A DNA stretch of 64,000 bases from an uncultured virus (IMG/VR IMGVR_UViG_3300032164_000005) (IMGVR_UViG_3300032164_000005), one strand, 5' to 3'. Counted from the first letter of the stretch, positions 38,649-48,526 are shown. Made by a program: numbers and translations. Notes: generated from the sequence alone by a model not told the origin.

Positions 38649-39128
38649 ATGAAGCTCGGGAAGCACATCAGCCATGGGTTCTACATGGTCTCCGACTCGG
38701 AGGCCGCCCGGATGGCGCGAGAGGTCGGCGCGAAGCTGCCTCGGTACGGCTACGAACTTCGTCTCGATCGTGGCGCGCTCATGCGGACGCCGTATCGGTA
38801 TCACAGCGACGCACCGAAGCGCGGGTGGGTGTGGGCGGTGCTGGCGGACGATGATTGGATCGTCGAGCAGTCGAGGGCGGCGCGGCGCAACCCGTCACGC
38901 TGGCCCGCGACGCTCGTCATCAAGCTGCGTCGCGGCAACGCCCCCTGGCGCGTGCGCGGCACGTACGACGAGAACGTCCGCGACAGCACGCGGAACTTCT
39001 ACGTGAGCGGCAAGCCCTTCGCGCACGAGCACACGTCCGGCGACTGGGCACTGGTCGAAGTTCCGGCTGGCGCGCGCACCAACATCGTGGACGCGCATCT
39101 CGAGGAAAGAGGATCACATGGCGGGTAG
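38649..39128 (+). CDS. two-domain protein joined at ARRNPS
   Basis: AARRNPSR. Confidence 0.65.
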   Translation: MKLGKHISHGFYMVSDSEAARMAREVGAKLPRYGYELRLDRGALMRTPYRYHSDAPKRGWVWAVLADDDWIVEQSRAARRNPSRWPATLVIKLRRGNAPWRVRGTYDENVRDSTRNFYVSGKPFAHEHTSGDWALVEVPAGARTNIVDAHLEERGSHGG

Positions 39129-39342
39129 AGTCACGAAGAGCGAGTTGGAAGGTCTGGCCGCATCCCTGAACGAGTACACGAAGGGGAGGCACCGCTTCGA
39201 GATCGAGTGGGCGTACGGATCGCCGCGTCTCGTGGCGAACGGAGGATCCGCCGACGTGTCCCCTCGCCTGACGTCGAGAGAACTCGCGCAATGGATCCGT
39301 GCGTTCATGGCCGGGTACGACCTCGCCAAGAAGCGCGGTTGA
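39118..39342 (+). CDS. phage hypothetical protein
   Basis: AYGSPRL...RELAQWIRAFMAG. Confidence 0.65.
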   Translation: MAGRVTKSELEGLAASLNEYTKGRHRFEIEWAYGSPRLVANGGSADVSPRLTSRELAQWIRAFMAGYDLAKKRG

Positions 39343-39375
39343 TCGTCGCAGCCGTCGTGAAGTAGGATCGGCGGC

Positions 39376-39903
39376 ATGATGACCAAGGCCGACGTCCTCG
39401 TGCAGTTCCGTGAACTCTGGCGCGACGCGGTTCGTGCTCGACCCAGCCTGCGCGGCGACGACGTCGCGCGGCGTGAGGCGTGGAACGACTACACGGACGC
39501 GTTGCAGAAGGACGGCCTGATCTCGACCCGGCAGTACGACACATGGTCGGGGCCGTTCAGGAACCCCTCCGGGTCCGTGGATCGCAGGCGTCCAAGCGCC
39601 CTCATGCCTGCCGGGACTCCTCGGTACGTTCACGTCTACGACAACGGCGGCAAGACCGCCGATCGTTACACGATCGTTTTCACGGGTCGCTACCGACACA
39701 AGACCAACGGATCGTTCGTCCATCTGGGAGCGAGCGCCCATCCGTTCCATCCGCAGGGCGTCGGCATGCACGGCGAGTCGCGGGACCAGATCGACTACCC
39801 GTCGTACGGCCATCTCGGCAAGAAGATCGGGTTCAAGGATCTTCCGCCGGACGTGCAGAAGTTCGTGGTCATCACGTACAAGGACATCTGGAGCCTGAAG
39901 TAG
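39376..39903 (+). CDS. two-domain protein joined at FRNPS
   Basis: AWNDYTDALQKDG module plus YDNGGKTADRYT...HPQG module. Confidence 0.75.
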   Translation: MMTKADVLVQFRELWRDAVRARPSLRGDDVARREAWNDYTDALQKDGLISTRQYDTWSGPFRNPSGSVDRRRPSALMPAGTPRYVHVYDNGGKTADRYTIVFTGRYRHKTNGSFVHLGASAHPFHPQGVGMHGESRDQIDYPSYGHLGKKIGFKDLPPDVQKFVVITYKDIWSLK

Positions 39904-40503
39904 CTACGCCTGCGCGAGCAGCACCTTGCGCGCCGAGAGCACCTTCTTCATCTCCTCGGGCGATCCCCCGCGATCCGGGTGGTGCTTGAGCGCGGCCTTC
40001 TTGAACGCCTCGTCGATCACCTCGCGCGTGGCAGGGAGCGTGATGCCGAGGACCGCTGCCGCTGCCGCTGCTTCGTTCACCGACGGCACCGCGCCACCCG
40101 GTAGTTCGTCGGCGAGGAACTTCAGGAAGTCGTCGAGCACCGACGCGCTCTTCGCGTAGAGTTTCTCGAGCATTTCGACGGCGACGTCGTCCTTCTCCTC
40201 CTCCTCGTCGTCACCCTCGTGATCGATCTCGTAGTGCTGCGTGATCTCCTCGGGGTAGTCGGACTCGTCACATGGTTCGCCCGCGTCGCACGTCGCGCAG
40301 AACGATGCCTTCAAGCTCTTCACGAACCGCTCGGCCCCGCGATCGGTGAAGACCCACGCATCGACGTCCTCGTCGTAGACGCTCTCACCCTTCGGGAGGA
40401 GTTTCTTTCCGCCTCTGGGAAACGGACGGCTGAGAATCCACAGCGCCCGCTGCTCCTCGTCCTCGTTTTCCGTCACCGGCAGCATGTGGATCATCTTGCT
40501 CAT
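39904..40503 (-). CDS. protein with C-terminal DnaJ J-domain
   Basis: VLGI...AFKKAALKHHPDRGG (HPD motif). Confidence 0.8.
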   Translation of the reverse strand: MSKMIHMLPVTENEDEEQRALWILSRPFPRGGKKLLPKGESVYDEDVDAWVFTDRGAERFVKSLKASFCATCDAGEPCDESDYPEEITQHYEIDHEGDDEEEEKDDVAVEMLEKLYAKSASVLDDFLKFLADELPGGAVPSVNEAAAAAAVLGITLPATREVIDEAFKKAALKHHPDRGGSPEEMKKVLSARKVLLAQA

Positions 40504-41368
40504 CGGACTTCTCCTTCTTCGGGTCGTACGACACCAGACCTACGTTGGTCATCTTGAAGTGGGCCTTGTACATCGTGTCGCCCTCACGATTCTTCGTGCA
40601 TCGAGCGACGCGCTTCACCTTCGTCGGGTCGCCCTCGAAGAACGACACGATGTCCACCATGAACTCGATTTCGCGCAGACCCGCGATCACGTTCTCCTTG
40701 TTGATGTGACCGATCACGAAGATCGTCCGCTTGTACTTCTGTGCCTCGCGGATCAACTGGAACGCGATGTCCCGCACGGTCTGCTGCGTGTGCTTGGGCA
40801 TCTTCACGGTCACATCGTCGTCGCCATCGCCCGGCACATCTTCCGGGGCGCTCAGCCGCATGCCCTGGAGCGAGTCCACGATCACGATCTTCGCCTGGAC
40901 CTCGCGGATCGCGCGCAGGGCCGTCGGCAGATCCTGGGTGTGCGTGATCTGGATGTCCTCGGCGTTGCGCATCTTCAGGCGACGCGCTCGTCGGCCGATG
41001 CGTGACGCAGCCTCTTCGGAGGCGATGTACAGCACGTCCTTGCACAGCGGCCCACCCGCGATCTGGGTGAGCAGCGTGGACTTGCCGATGCCCGGCGGTC
41101 CCACAAGCTGGATCACGAACCCCTCGGGCACGCCCGGTTCTTCTTCGCCTCCGTAGAGTCGGTCCAGGTTTTCGACGCCGGTCTTCAGCCGTGGCACCAC
41201 CTCGATGCCATGCTCACTCACCTTGGCGACCAGCCGCCTGGACACCTGTCGCATGCTGGAAGGAATGACCGCCCCTTGCGGCACCATGACACCTTCCTCG
41301 CCGCACGCTGGACACATCCCCATGTGGTACGGGTTGACCGCGTGGCAGAGCCTGCATTCGTACTCCAT
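40385..41368 (-). CDS. radA: RadA/Sms-like ATPase lacking the Lon-like C-terminal domain
   Basis: N-terminal CxxC...CPACG, GPPGIGKSTLLTQ, YIASEE, IVDSLQ, KNREG. Confidence 0.8.
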   Translation of the reverse strand: MEYECRLCHAVNPYHMGMCPACGEEGVMVPQGAVIPSSMRQVSRRLVAKVSEHGIEVVPRLKTGVENLDRLYGGEEEPGVPEGFVIQLVGPPGIGKSTLLTQIAGGPLCKDVLYIASEEAASRIGRRARRLKMRNAEDIQITHTQDLPTALRAIREVQAKIVIVDSLQGMRLSAPEDVPGDGDDDVTVKMPKHTQQTVRDIAFQLIREAQKYKRTIFVIGHINKENVIAGLREIEFMVDIVSFFEGDPTKVKRVARCTKNREGDTMYKAHFKMTNVGLVSYDPKKEKSDEQDDPHAAGDGKRGRGAAGAVDSQPSVSQRRKETPPEG

Positions 41369-41373
41369 GATGG

Positions 41374-43128
41374 TTGCGATCCTCCTCGATCAGATGTACA
41401 CATGCAAGCGCAACGCAAGCGGAGTGCAACTTGACGAATCCCGCCAACAACGAGCGTCCGATCTCTCCCCTATTTCCTCACACAGAAGGGGCCGGAAACG
41501 TACCGAAGGTGTACGCAGACGAGATCAAGCATCTGAAAATCTACCGACAGATCCCGAACGGGAAAGGTCGGCGGACCTTGATTCCGAAGGAGGAGTACGT
41601 CAACGGCTTGAAGGAGTTCGAGTTCAACGCCTTCGAGACGACGGAGAACGACATCGAGGAGTTCTTCGGTGGCGGCGACTTCTTTCTCGAGCCCATCGGG
41701 CACAACTACAAGATCCTGCCGGGACGTCTGATCTCGATCGATGCTCCGCGTCGTGGGAACATGTCGCTCGAGGCCGCTCGTCCGGTGCAGCAGCAGCAAC
41801 AGCAACAGCCTGCCGTTCAGCAGGATGAGACCCAGCCGATGTTCTCTGCGCGCAGGAATCCGTTCTCGCAGCAGCAGCAGGCGCAGCCCGAGGAATCCAT
41901 GATCAAGCAGGTGCTCGAGTCGCAGAAGGAGATGGTCGGTATGGTGCGGGAGACGGCCGACTCGAGAGTGCGAGCGGCCGAGGAGTTCTCCTCGAAGAAG
42001 GAGGGCATGATCACCCAGTTCGCCGAGAAGGCGATGGAGATGGTCTCGGGCAACCGGCAGCAACTCTCCGCGAGCGATCTGTCCACGCCGCTGGTTGAGT
42101 CGATGCGTCGCCAGCTAGAAGAACTCCACACGCGGCACACCGAAGAGGTGCGTCGGTTGCACCGGGAGAACGACGAGGAGCGCACGCGGATGCGCGGCGA
42201 CATCGAGCGGCGCGACCGGGCGAACGAAGATGCGCGTCGGTTGACCGACGAGACGATTCGCGATCTCCGTCGAACCAACGATGAGGGGCTGCGCGCCGCG
42301 CGAGAGCGGTACGATCGAGACCTCGAGGAACTGCGCAAGCGGTACGACCGGCAGGTTGCCGAGGAGACGGAGCGGTACGGCCGCAAGATCAAGGATCTCG
42401 AGACCGAGCTTTCCTCCGTGCGATCCAAGCTGGAGAAGGAACTGTCCGAGGAGCGCGCGAAGTCGCAGAAGCGCATCTACGAACTCGAGAAGGAGAACCT
42501 CGAACTGACGCGCGAGTTGGCCTCGATCCCGGAGCCCGTGGAGCGCGACGACAGCGGTCCTGGTCCCGGCGGCGGCGGAGGGGGGCCGAATCTGCCCGAG
42601 GATGCTCCGTGGTGGGCCGGGATGATCCCGGACGTGATCAAGGCCGTCACCGAGGGTCGGCGCGGCGCGCAGGAGCAGGCACAGGCGCAGCAGGCGCAGA
42701 TCCAGCAGCAACAGCAGCAGTTCGACGACGAACCAGAACCGGTCCAGTTGCCTCCGCAGCGGCAGCAGGTGGTGCAGCAACGGCCCGTCCAGCGGCAACC
42801 CCAGCCGATGGTGGTGCAGCAGGTTCAGCGGCAGCCGCAGCCGGTCGTGGCGCAGCCGCAGCCGGTGGTGCAGCCTCCGCCTCCGCAGTCGCCACCACAG
42901 CCGGTGGCGCAGCCCCCGCAGCCGGTCGTGGTGCAGCAGGCCCGGATGCTCAGCGAGGAGCAGGCGCAGGCGCTGTACGACCACCTCGCGAGAAACAGCG
43001 AAGATGTCCCGTCCTCGCCACAGCCCCAAGACGCGCCTGTCGAGGCCGCGCCGATCGACCTGAAGCTGGATGACTCCCCCGTCCTGGAAGGGTTCTCACT
43101 CGAGAACTTCACCTTGCACGAGTCGTGA
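41374..43128 (+). CDS. coiled-coil, Gln/Pro-rich protein (start uncertain)
   Basis: Long charged coiled coil, QP-rich tract, one ARRNPF. Confidence 0.75.
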   Translation: MRSSSIRCTHASATQAECNLTNPANNERPISPLFPHTEGAGNVPKVYADEIKHLKIYRQIPNGKGRRTLIPKEEYVNGLKEFEFNAFETTENDIEEFFGGGDFFLEPIGHNYKILPGRLISIDAPRRGNMSLEAARPVQQQQQQQPAVQQDETQPMFSARRNPFSQQQQAQPEESMIKQVLESQKEMVGMVRETADSRVRAAEEFSSKKEGMITQFAEKAMEMVSGNRQQLSASDLSTPLVESMRRQLEELHTRHTEEVRRLHRENDEERTRMRGDIERRDRANEDARRLTDETIRDLRRTNDEGLRAARERYDRDLEELRKRYDRQVAEETERYGRKIKDLETELSSVRSKLEKELSEERAKSQKRIYELEKENLELTRELASIPEPVERDDSGPGPGGGGGGPNLPEDAPWWAGMIPDVIKAVTEGRRGAQEQAQAQQAQIQQQQQQFDDEPEPVQLPPQRQQVVQQRPVQRQPQPMVVQQVQRQPQPVVAQPQPVVQPPPPQSPPQPVAQPPQPVVVQQARMLSEEQAQALYDHLARNSEDVPSSPQPQDAPVEAAPIDLKLDDSPVLEGFSLENFTLHES

Positions 43129-43140
43129 TAACCTCTCGGC

Positions 43141-43629
43141 GTGATCGCCGACGAGAAGCCATTCTTCGTTCCCAACACCGTCACGCCCTGCGAGAGGATC
43201 GCCATCCTTGAGCGGCTTGCCACGTCCGGGTCCAGAAGACCGTTCGTGCAAGCCTTCGCGCAGAAGCTTCCTGGCAAGACGAACCTCGAGATTGCTCGGT
43301 CGGCCCTGGCGGCCGTGCAGGAGCTTCCGTACGTGCCTGGACCTCCCAACGAGGAGTGGATGCAGGGTGCGACCTGGACGATGGCGCACGGCGGGGAGTG
43401 CAAGGCGCTCTCAGTGCTACTTGTTGCTGCGCTCCGGGCCCGTGGCGTGCCTGCCGAAATCGTCTGGATCACCCAGACCGGCAAGCCGCTGAACCACGTC
43501 ACCGTGGTAGTGTCGGACGGACCTGATCAGTACTGGGCGGAGCCTGCCGTGCCCGGAGCAAGGCTCGGCGAGAGTCCGTACGAAGCCATCGAGCGTACGA
43601 ACGCGTGGCATGTGGTAGGAGGCCGATGA
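43141..43629 (+). CDS. transglutaminase-like Cys protease
   Basis: GGECKALSVLLVAALRARG...NHV...WAEP. Confidence 0.75.
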   Translation: MIADEKPFFVPNTVTPCERIAILERLATSGSRRPFVQAFAQKLPGKTNLEIARSALAAVQELPYVPGPPNEEWMQGATWTMAHGGECKALSVLLVAALRARGVPAEIVWITQTGKPLNHVTVVVSDGPDQYWAEPAVPGARLGESPYEAIERTNAWHVVGGR

Positions 43630-43913
43630 TGAGCGCGTATGGACCCGTGGGTAGACCTGCCGCAGCGTATCGCCCCGCCGGAGTGTTGCGAGTAGTCTCT
43701 CGTTCTGGCGCGGACTTCTCGCAGACTCATGTGACTGCGGCTGACCGTACGTCGCTTGTGACCCGTTACCCTGGACCGTTGCCGACGCAAGGTCTGACCG
43801 GTCCGGGGCCTACCGCCGCGTCGTCGTCCGGCATGAGCGCGGGCAAAATCGTGCTGATCGCCGGAATCGGCGTCGCGCTCATCTGGGTGATCTCGAGGAA
43901 GAAGAAGGGGTAG
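43626..43913 (+). CDS. tail-anchored virion membrane protein
   Basis: C-terminal TM plus RKKKG. Confidence 0.7.
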   Translation: MMSAYGPVGRPAAAYRPAGVLRVVSRSGADFSQTHVTAADRTSLVTRYPGPLPTQGLTGPGPTAASSSGMSAGKIVLIAGIGVALIWVISRKKKG

Positions 43914-43917
43914 GAAT

Positions 43918-44571
43918 ATGCCGTCGTCATTCAGGTTGGCTGATCCGGCTTCCGCAACGTGGAGCATCGGCACCGATCGCGCCTGCGCCACCAACGGACG
44001 TACGTTCGTGCAGTCTCTCCAGAACGCGCTCGGCGTCACGGTGGACGGCCAGTGGGGAGCCAACACGTCGTCTGCCGTGGTCGCGCAGATGCGCGCTGCA
44101 GGCATGCCGTCCGCGATCGTGAACGCGGCGCAGAACGAAGCGGTGAACCATCGTGTCGGCAACTTCCTGCTGATCGGTGCCGTCTACATCGTCATGCGCG
44201 ACGTGCAGAGCGATCCGGTGCAACTCGGACAGATCGTTCTTCCGTCGGACGTTGTTGCGCCGCTGTGGAACGTCGCAGCGCCCGGCGACGGCAACGCCGG
44301 GATCAGTTGTGTGCAGCAGGTGCCTCTGACTCCCGACGCCACAACGCCAGTCGAGACACCATCTGTAGACGCGGGAGCCACCGGAGGCACGGGCCCCACC
44401 ACCATCGTTGGTCCCACGATCGACATCACGGGAAGCGTTCCGCCGCCGCGAACGCCAGCAGCGCCACCGAGGGTCACGAGCGGGGTCAGCGCCGGGCTGG
44501 TGCTCTTCGTGGTGGGAGCGGTCGTGGTCACCTCGTTGATGTTCACCAAGAAGAAGGGTCGCGGACGATGA
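43918..44571 (+). CDS. tail-anchored protein with peptidoglycan-binding-like domain
   Basis: LQNALGVTVDGQWGANT; TM plus KKKGRGR. Confidence 0.75.
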   Translation: MPSSFRLADPASATWSIGTDRACATNGRTFVQSLQNALGVTVDGQWGANTSSAVVAQMRAAGMPSAIVNAAQNEAVNHRVGNFLLIGAVYIVMRDVQSDPVQLGQIVLPSDVVAPLWNVAAPGDGNAGISCVQQVPLTPDATTPVETPSVDAGATGGTGPTTIVGPTIDITGSVPPPRTPAAPPRVTSGVSAGLVLFVVGAVVVTSLMFTKKKGRGR

Positions 44572-46583
44572 GCGCGTATCGACAGCCGGGCAGGCAATCT
44601 GCGGCGTACCGACCTGCTGGAGGGGTTCCGCTGGTCAGGTCTCACTCGGGCGCGGATCTCTCGCGGCTTCATGTGACTGCGGCGGACGCGAACCTTGCTC
44701 GCGTGGTGTCGGAAGCGGGTGTTCCTGCCGAAGAATGGCAACTCCTGTGTATCCCCGTTCCCGGCGACATCGCGTTCAAGGACGCGATGGGCAACAACAT
44801 CACCGATCCGTTCCTGCGTCCCGGCGCGGTCATCCGTCACTGGGCCGACCCGGATCTTGCGAGGGCGTGGTTCCAGCGGGCGTACGACCTCGCGTTCGAC
44901 CAGCATGCGATCGATTCGCTGAACGCGCTGGGAGATCAGTCGATCGCGGTTGCGGCGGCCACGATGCTTTCGGATCCTGGCAACGCAACGACCGGTCCGT
45001 TCGTCAGGACCATGACCGACAGGTACAACGCTCAGATCAGGTACGTCGCCGACATCGTCCAGGCGCTGGCGAACGGGCACAACGCGCTGAACATCCTGTG
45101 GTTCGAGGATCCGGTCGCGCGCTGGCTCTACCGCTACTGGATCTCTGGTCCTCCGGCAGACGCGAACGCGGTGTTCCTGAAAGACCGTAGCTACGGCGGT
45201 GCCGAGGGTTGGTATACAGGATCGTTCCGTGGTGCGATCGAGAGGTTCCCGATCATCCCGGAAGACAATCCGCCATCCGCTGGTGGTGCTGTTCGTGTTC
45301 CGGGTAATCCTGGCGGAGTTCTGGCTCGTCGCGCGTGGGATCTCTATCATGCCTACTGGGGCCGCGACACCATCGGAACTCATCCTCTGCGATTCGTACC
45401 GACAGTAGGACTGACGGTTTCGTTGCCGATCGACGTGATGCCGAATGGGTCCGCGCTAGATGACAATCAGGCGCTGAATGTCACGGACTACCCGTTCATC
45501 GTCAATCAGCCTTTTGTGTTGACGTACGGAGACGGTCAGTCAGCACCCGGACAGGCGACGTTCTATCACGCGACGCTGTCCGACGTGGACAACAACCCTC
45601 ACCCCACCCTGTTTCCTGCGACGGCAGGACTGAACCAGTATCCGTTCAACGCGGCCATGGGATCATGGCGAAACGCGCTCGACTACGACACCGGGATCGA
45701 GAGATTTTCTCACTGGGACACCGGGATTCGCATCATTCCTCCCAGTGATTTTTCTCATACCTCCGTCGTGGACCGATTCAGAGGTCCGAGCGATTCTCGA
45801 TGGACGAAGGTTCGTGACTGGCGGCAATTCAACTCGAGCGGTTTCATGGATGTCGCAGGCGCAGAGGCTCTCGGATCCGGCCCTCAAGGAGGGACGCCCG
45901 TCACCGTCTGGCTAGGCGCGTACGACTACCTTCCGTACCTCCGTGCGTGGACCGAAGCAATCGTGAATCGCAGCATGGAACGCATCATCCTCGAGACGCG
46001 CTCGTTCGTGATGTATCAGAACAACCAGTCTGCGTTGACTGCCGGAAGCGCGCAGAACTTCCTCGAGGACGTTCTCAACGCTCCGCGCGACGTTGCCAGC
46101 GAGCAGGGTCGCCCTGACAACGTAGCCAACGCTGCTGCGGCTGCCACGATGGCAATCGGCGCTGCGCTCTCGACCGTCACCTGGGGCATCAGCGCCATCA
46201 TCGGTGGCATCGCCGCTGCGGCACTGATGGGGTACGGCAACAGGAAGAAGGACACGCCCGGCATCGGCAGGGATGACCTCGGTCGGATGAAGCCGACCTA
46301 CGAACGGGCGATCATCGGTGGTCACCCGGATCTGGACAGCCCTCTGGATGGACCGCCAAACCACTACCACGTCCCCATGCCTCCGACCGGCATGGCCGGT
46401 GTGCGGCACCCGGAACAGCTTCCGCTGTGCAACCCGCCTGGAGGGCCAGGAACCGGACCCGGTTCGCAGCGCACCCAGACGCTCACCCAGCCCGGAGGGG
46501 GCGGCAGCATGGGCCTGCTCGTCGTCGCCGGGGCAGCCGTCGCGCTGGGCCTGATGCTGTTTGGGAAGAAGTCGAAACGCTGA
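44568..46583 (+). CDS. large tail-anchored virion protein
   Basis: Internal hydrophobic helices; GGGGSMG-TM-KKSKR end. Confidence 0.75.
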   Translation: MSAYRQPGRQSAAYRPAGGVPLVRSHSGADLSRLHVTAADANLARVVSEAGVPAEEWQLLCIPVPGDIAFKDAMGNNITDPFLRPGAVIRHWADPDLARAWFQRAYDLAFDQHAIDSLNALGDQSIAVAAATMLSDPGNATTGPFVRTMTDRYNAQIRYVADIVQALANGHNALNILWFEDPVARWLYRYWISGPPADANAVFLKDRSYGGAEGWYTGSFRGAIERFPIIPEDNPPSAGGAVRVPGNPGGVLARRAWDLYHAYWGRDTIGTHPLRFVPTVGLTVSLPIDVMPNGSALDDNQALNVTDYPFIVNQPFVLTYGDGQSAPGQATFYHATLSDVDNNPHPTLFPATAGLNQYPFNAAMGSWRNALDYDTGIERFSHWDTGIRIIPPSDFSHTSVVDRFRGPSDSRWTKVRDWRQFNSSGFMDVAGAEALGSGPQGGTPVTVWLGAYDYLPYLRAWTEAIVNRSMERIILETRSFVMYQNNQSALTAGSAQNFLEDVLNAPRDVASEQGRPDNVANAAAAATMAIGAALSTVTWGISAIIGGIAAAALMGYGNRKKDTPGIGRDDLGRMKPTYERAIIGGHPDLDSPLDGPPNHYHVPMPPTGMAGVRHPEQLPLCNPPGGPGTGPGSQRTQTLTQPGGGGSMGLLVVAGAAVALGLMLFGKKSKR

Positions 46584-46610
46584 TACATTCGCGGCAGGAG
46601 AGAGAAGAAC

Positions 46611-47495
46611 ATGGGCTACACGAACAGCTACGGCGCGTACACGACTCCTGCTTTCGGTAGGGTCATCCCGATCCACCGGAGGCCGATCTCCGGGCCGTTC
46701 ATCATGGGGTACGCCGCAGCGCCTGCCGGGCTGATCGGGGGCGAACCGAAGGAGCGTTCGTCCAGCTACTTCGGCGCGCCCGCCGGGCTCATCGCCGTCG
46801 TCAGGGACAGGAACGCCGCGCCGTCGCAGCATGCAGGTCGCGCATCGGAGTACTGGGGCGCTCCTGCAGGGATCGCAGACGCTGCCACCAGGGGCAAGCT
46901 TCGGTTGGTATCCTCGGCTGGGATGGGCTACTTCGGTGCGCCCGCAGGCCTCGTGACGAACCCGGCCGCAGGAGGGACGGGGGGCTACACCGGGCCGGGC
47001 GTCTCGGGTGGGGACATCGATCCGTCTACCGGTCATCCGTGGGGCGAGATCAACCCGTCCACGGGGCAGTACTGGCCCCCCCTCGACGGCGGCGGCGGCG
47101 GATCGACTCCCGTGAACTACGCAGGCATCGCGCAGTTGATCACGGCGCTCGGCACGGTCGGCCTCGCAGGCGTGAACACCGTTCTCACCCAGATGAACCA
47201 CGACCAACTCGTGCAGGCGCAGCGTGATGCCCAGGCGCTTGCGGCGTCGAGCAACGCCGCGCAGCAGAGGCAGGCCGCAACGCTGAACGCAGCCATCATG
47301 CAGGCTCTCACGGCTTCCCGCACGCAGACCGGTCCCGGTCCGCAGCAGGGAATGAGCACAACCACGATGGTCGTGATCGGCGGCGTGGCGCTCGCGGCCC
47401 TGTACTTCTTCATGCAGCAGGGCAAGCGCCGTCGCAACCCGGTCATCGGCAGCAACCGCAGCCGTCGCTACGTCAGCCCGCACGGCAGGAAGTAG
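46611..47495 (+). CDS. membrane protein with four YxxAPAG repeats and an RRRNP tail
   Basis: Strong RBS; repeats; TM plus KRRRNP. Confidence 0.75.
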   Translation: MGYTNSYGAYTTPAFGRVIPIHRRPISGPFIMGYAAAPAGLIGGEPKERSSSYFGAPAGLIAVVRDRNAAPSQHAGRASEYWGAPAGIADAATRGKLRLVSSAGMGYFGAPAGLVTNPAAGGTGGYTGPGVSGGDIDPSTGHPWGEINPSTGQYWPPLDGGGGGSTPVNYAGIAQLITALGTVGLAGVNTVLTQMNHDQLVQAQRDAQALAASSNAAQQRQAATLNAAIMQALTASRTQTGPGPQQGMSTTTMVVIGGVALAALYFFMQQGKRRRNPVIGSNRSRRYVSPHGRK

Positions 47496-47497
47496 CC

Positions 47498-47830
47498 ATG
47501 CCCGTGTCGACTGAGCAGCAGGGCGTCTCGCAGATGATGTCGGCGATCAGTACGCTCGGCGTCCAGGCTGTGAGTGTGGGCCTCGCCCAGATGAGTCGTG
47601 ACCAACTCATGCAGGCGCAGCGAGATACGAACGCCCTCTTGGCGACGATTCGCGCGGAGGGCGGCACGCCGGAGCAGACCGCCAACGCCAACACGTTGCT
47701 CAACCTGATCAACCAGCAGACGCAGTCGGGTACGACGCCGCAGGGCACGAGCACGACCACGATGGTCATCGTCGGCGGCCTCGCGCTCGCTGCCACGTAC
47801 TTCTTCCTGCGAAGCAAGAAGAAGAGGTAG
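47498..47830 (+). CDS. tail-anchored protein, paralog of the C-terminal half of 46611..47495
   Basis: DQL.QAQRD...STTTMV..GG.ALAA.YFF. Confidence 0.75.
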   Translation: MPVSTEQQGVSQMMSAISTLGVQAVSVGLAQMSRDQLMQAQRDTNALLATIRAEGGTPEQTANANTLLNLINQQTQSGTTPQGTSTTTMVIVGGLALAATYFFLRSKKKR

Positions 47831-47833
47831 CGC

Positions 47834-48526
47834 ATGTACCCCGCAGCCAGTTCATGGATCAGCACCGAGGATGGGTCCGCGTGGTTCTACCGAGACACGC
47901 CGGGGGCCGGTCGTCGCGCGTGTTCGACCACGGGATGGGACGCACTCGTGGACGTCCAGACCGAGGTGTACGCCAGACTCCAGGCCCTGGGACCGAAGCC
48001 AACATGGACCGGCGATCAGGTGAACGCTGATTCGGTTCCGAACACGGCCAACGATCCGGCGATCGGATGGAACATGGCCCTTCTCCAGGCGCTGTACGCG
48101 GTCGCGAGCGTGGACATGCACAGCCTTCCGCAGGGAGTTCAGACGAGCTACCTGAACGCGGTTCTTGCCGATGCTGAGTACGACAGGATCAGCGCGCAGA
48201 CTCTCGCGCTCGCCCTGTGGGTCGCGTACGTGTCACATGACTACGACGCGTCAGGCGCGGACACCTTCGGCAACGGATCCCCGGCGCAGGTCATCATCCC
48301 GGCAGGGACTGCCCTTCCGGCGTTCAACACGCCGCCTCCGATGCCTCCCGCGCGCGCTGGCGGAACGGTACAGGCTGGCGTGCGGTGCGTCGCCGCTGGC
48401 ACGGTTGCGGGCGGCGCGACGACATCGGTGATGTCAGGCTGGATGACCGCTGGTATCATCGGCCTCGGCATCTTCGCCGTTCTGATGCTGACCAAGAACG
48501 TCACGGTGAAGAAGAGGAGCAGGTGA
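47834..48526 (+). CDS. tail-anchored protein (CSTTG family)
   Basis: SAWFY...CSTTG; TM plus KKRSR. Confidence 0.75.
   Translation: MYPAASSWISTEDGSAWFYRDTPGAGRRACSTTGWDALVDVQTEVYARLQALGPKPTWTGDQVNADSVPNTANDPAIGWNMALLQALYAVASVDMHSLPQGVQTSYLNAVLADAEYDRISAQTLALALWVAYVSHDYDASGADTFGNGSPAQVIIPAGTALPAFNTPPPMPPARAGGTVQAGVRCVAAGTVAGGATTSVMSGWMTAGIIGLGIFAVLMLTKNVTVKKRSR

Noticed and set aside
41374..43128. Tape measure protein of a tailed phage
   Set aside because: Charged coiled coil with a QP tract, no tail genes nearby and no TMP-like Ala/Gly repeats.
45912..47483. 523-aa minus-strand ORF
   Set aside because: Antisense shadow of structural genes with no motifs.
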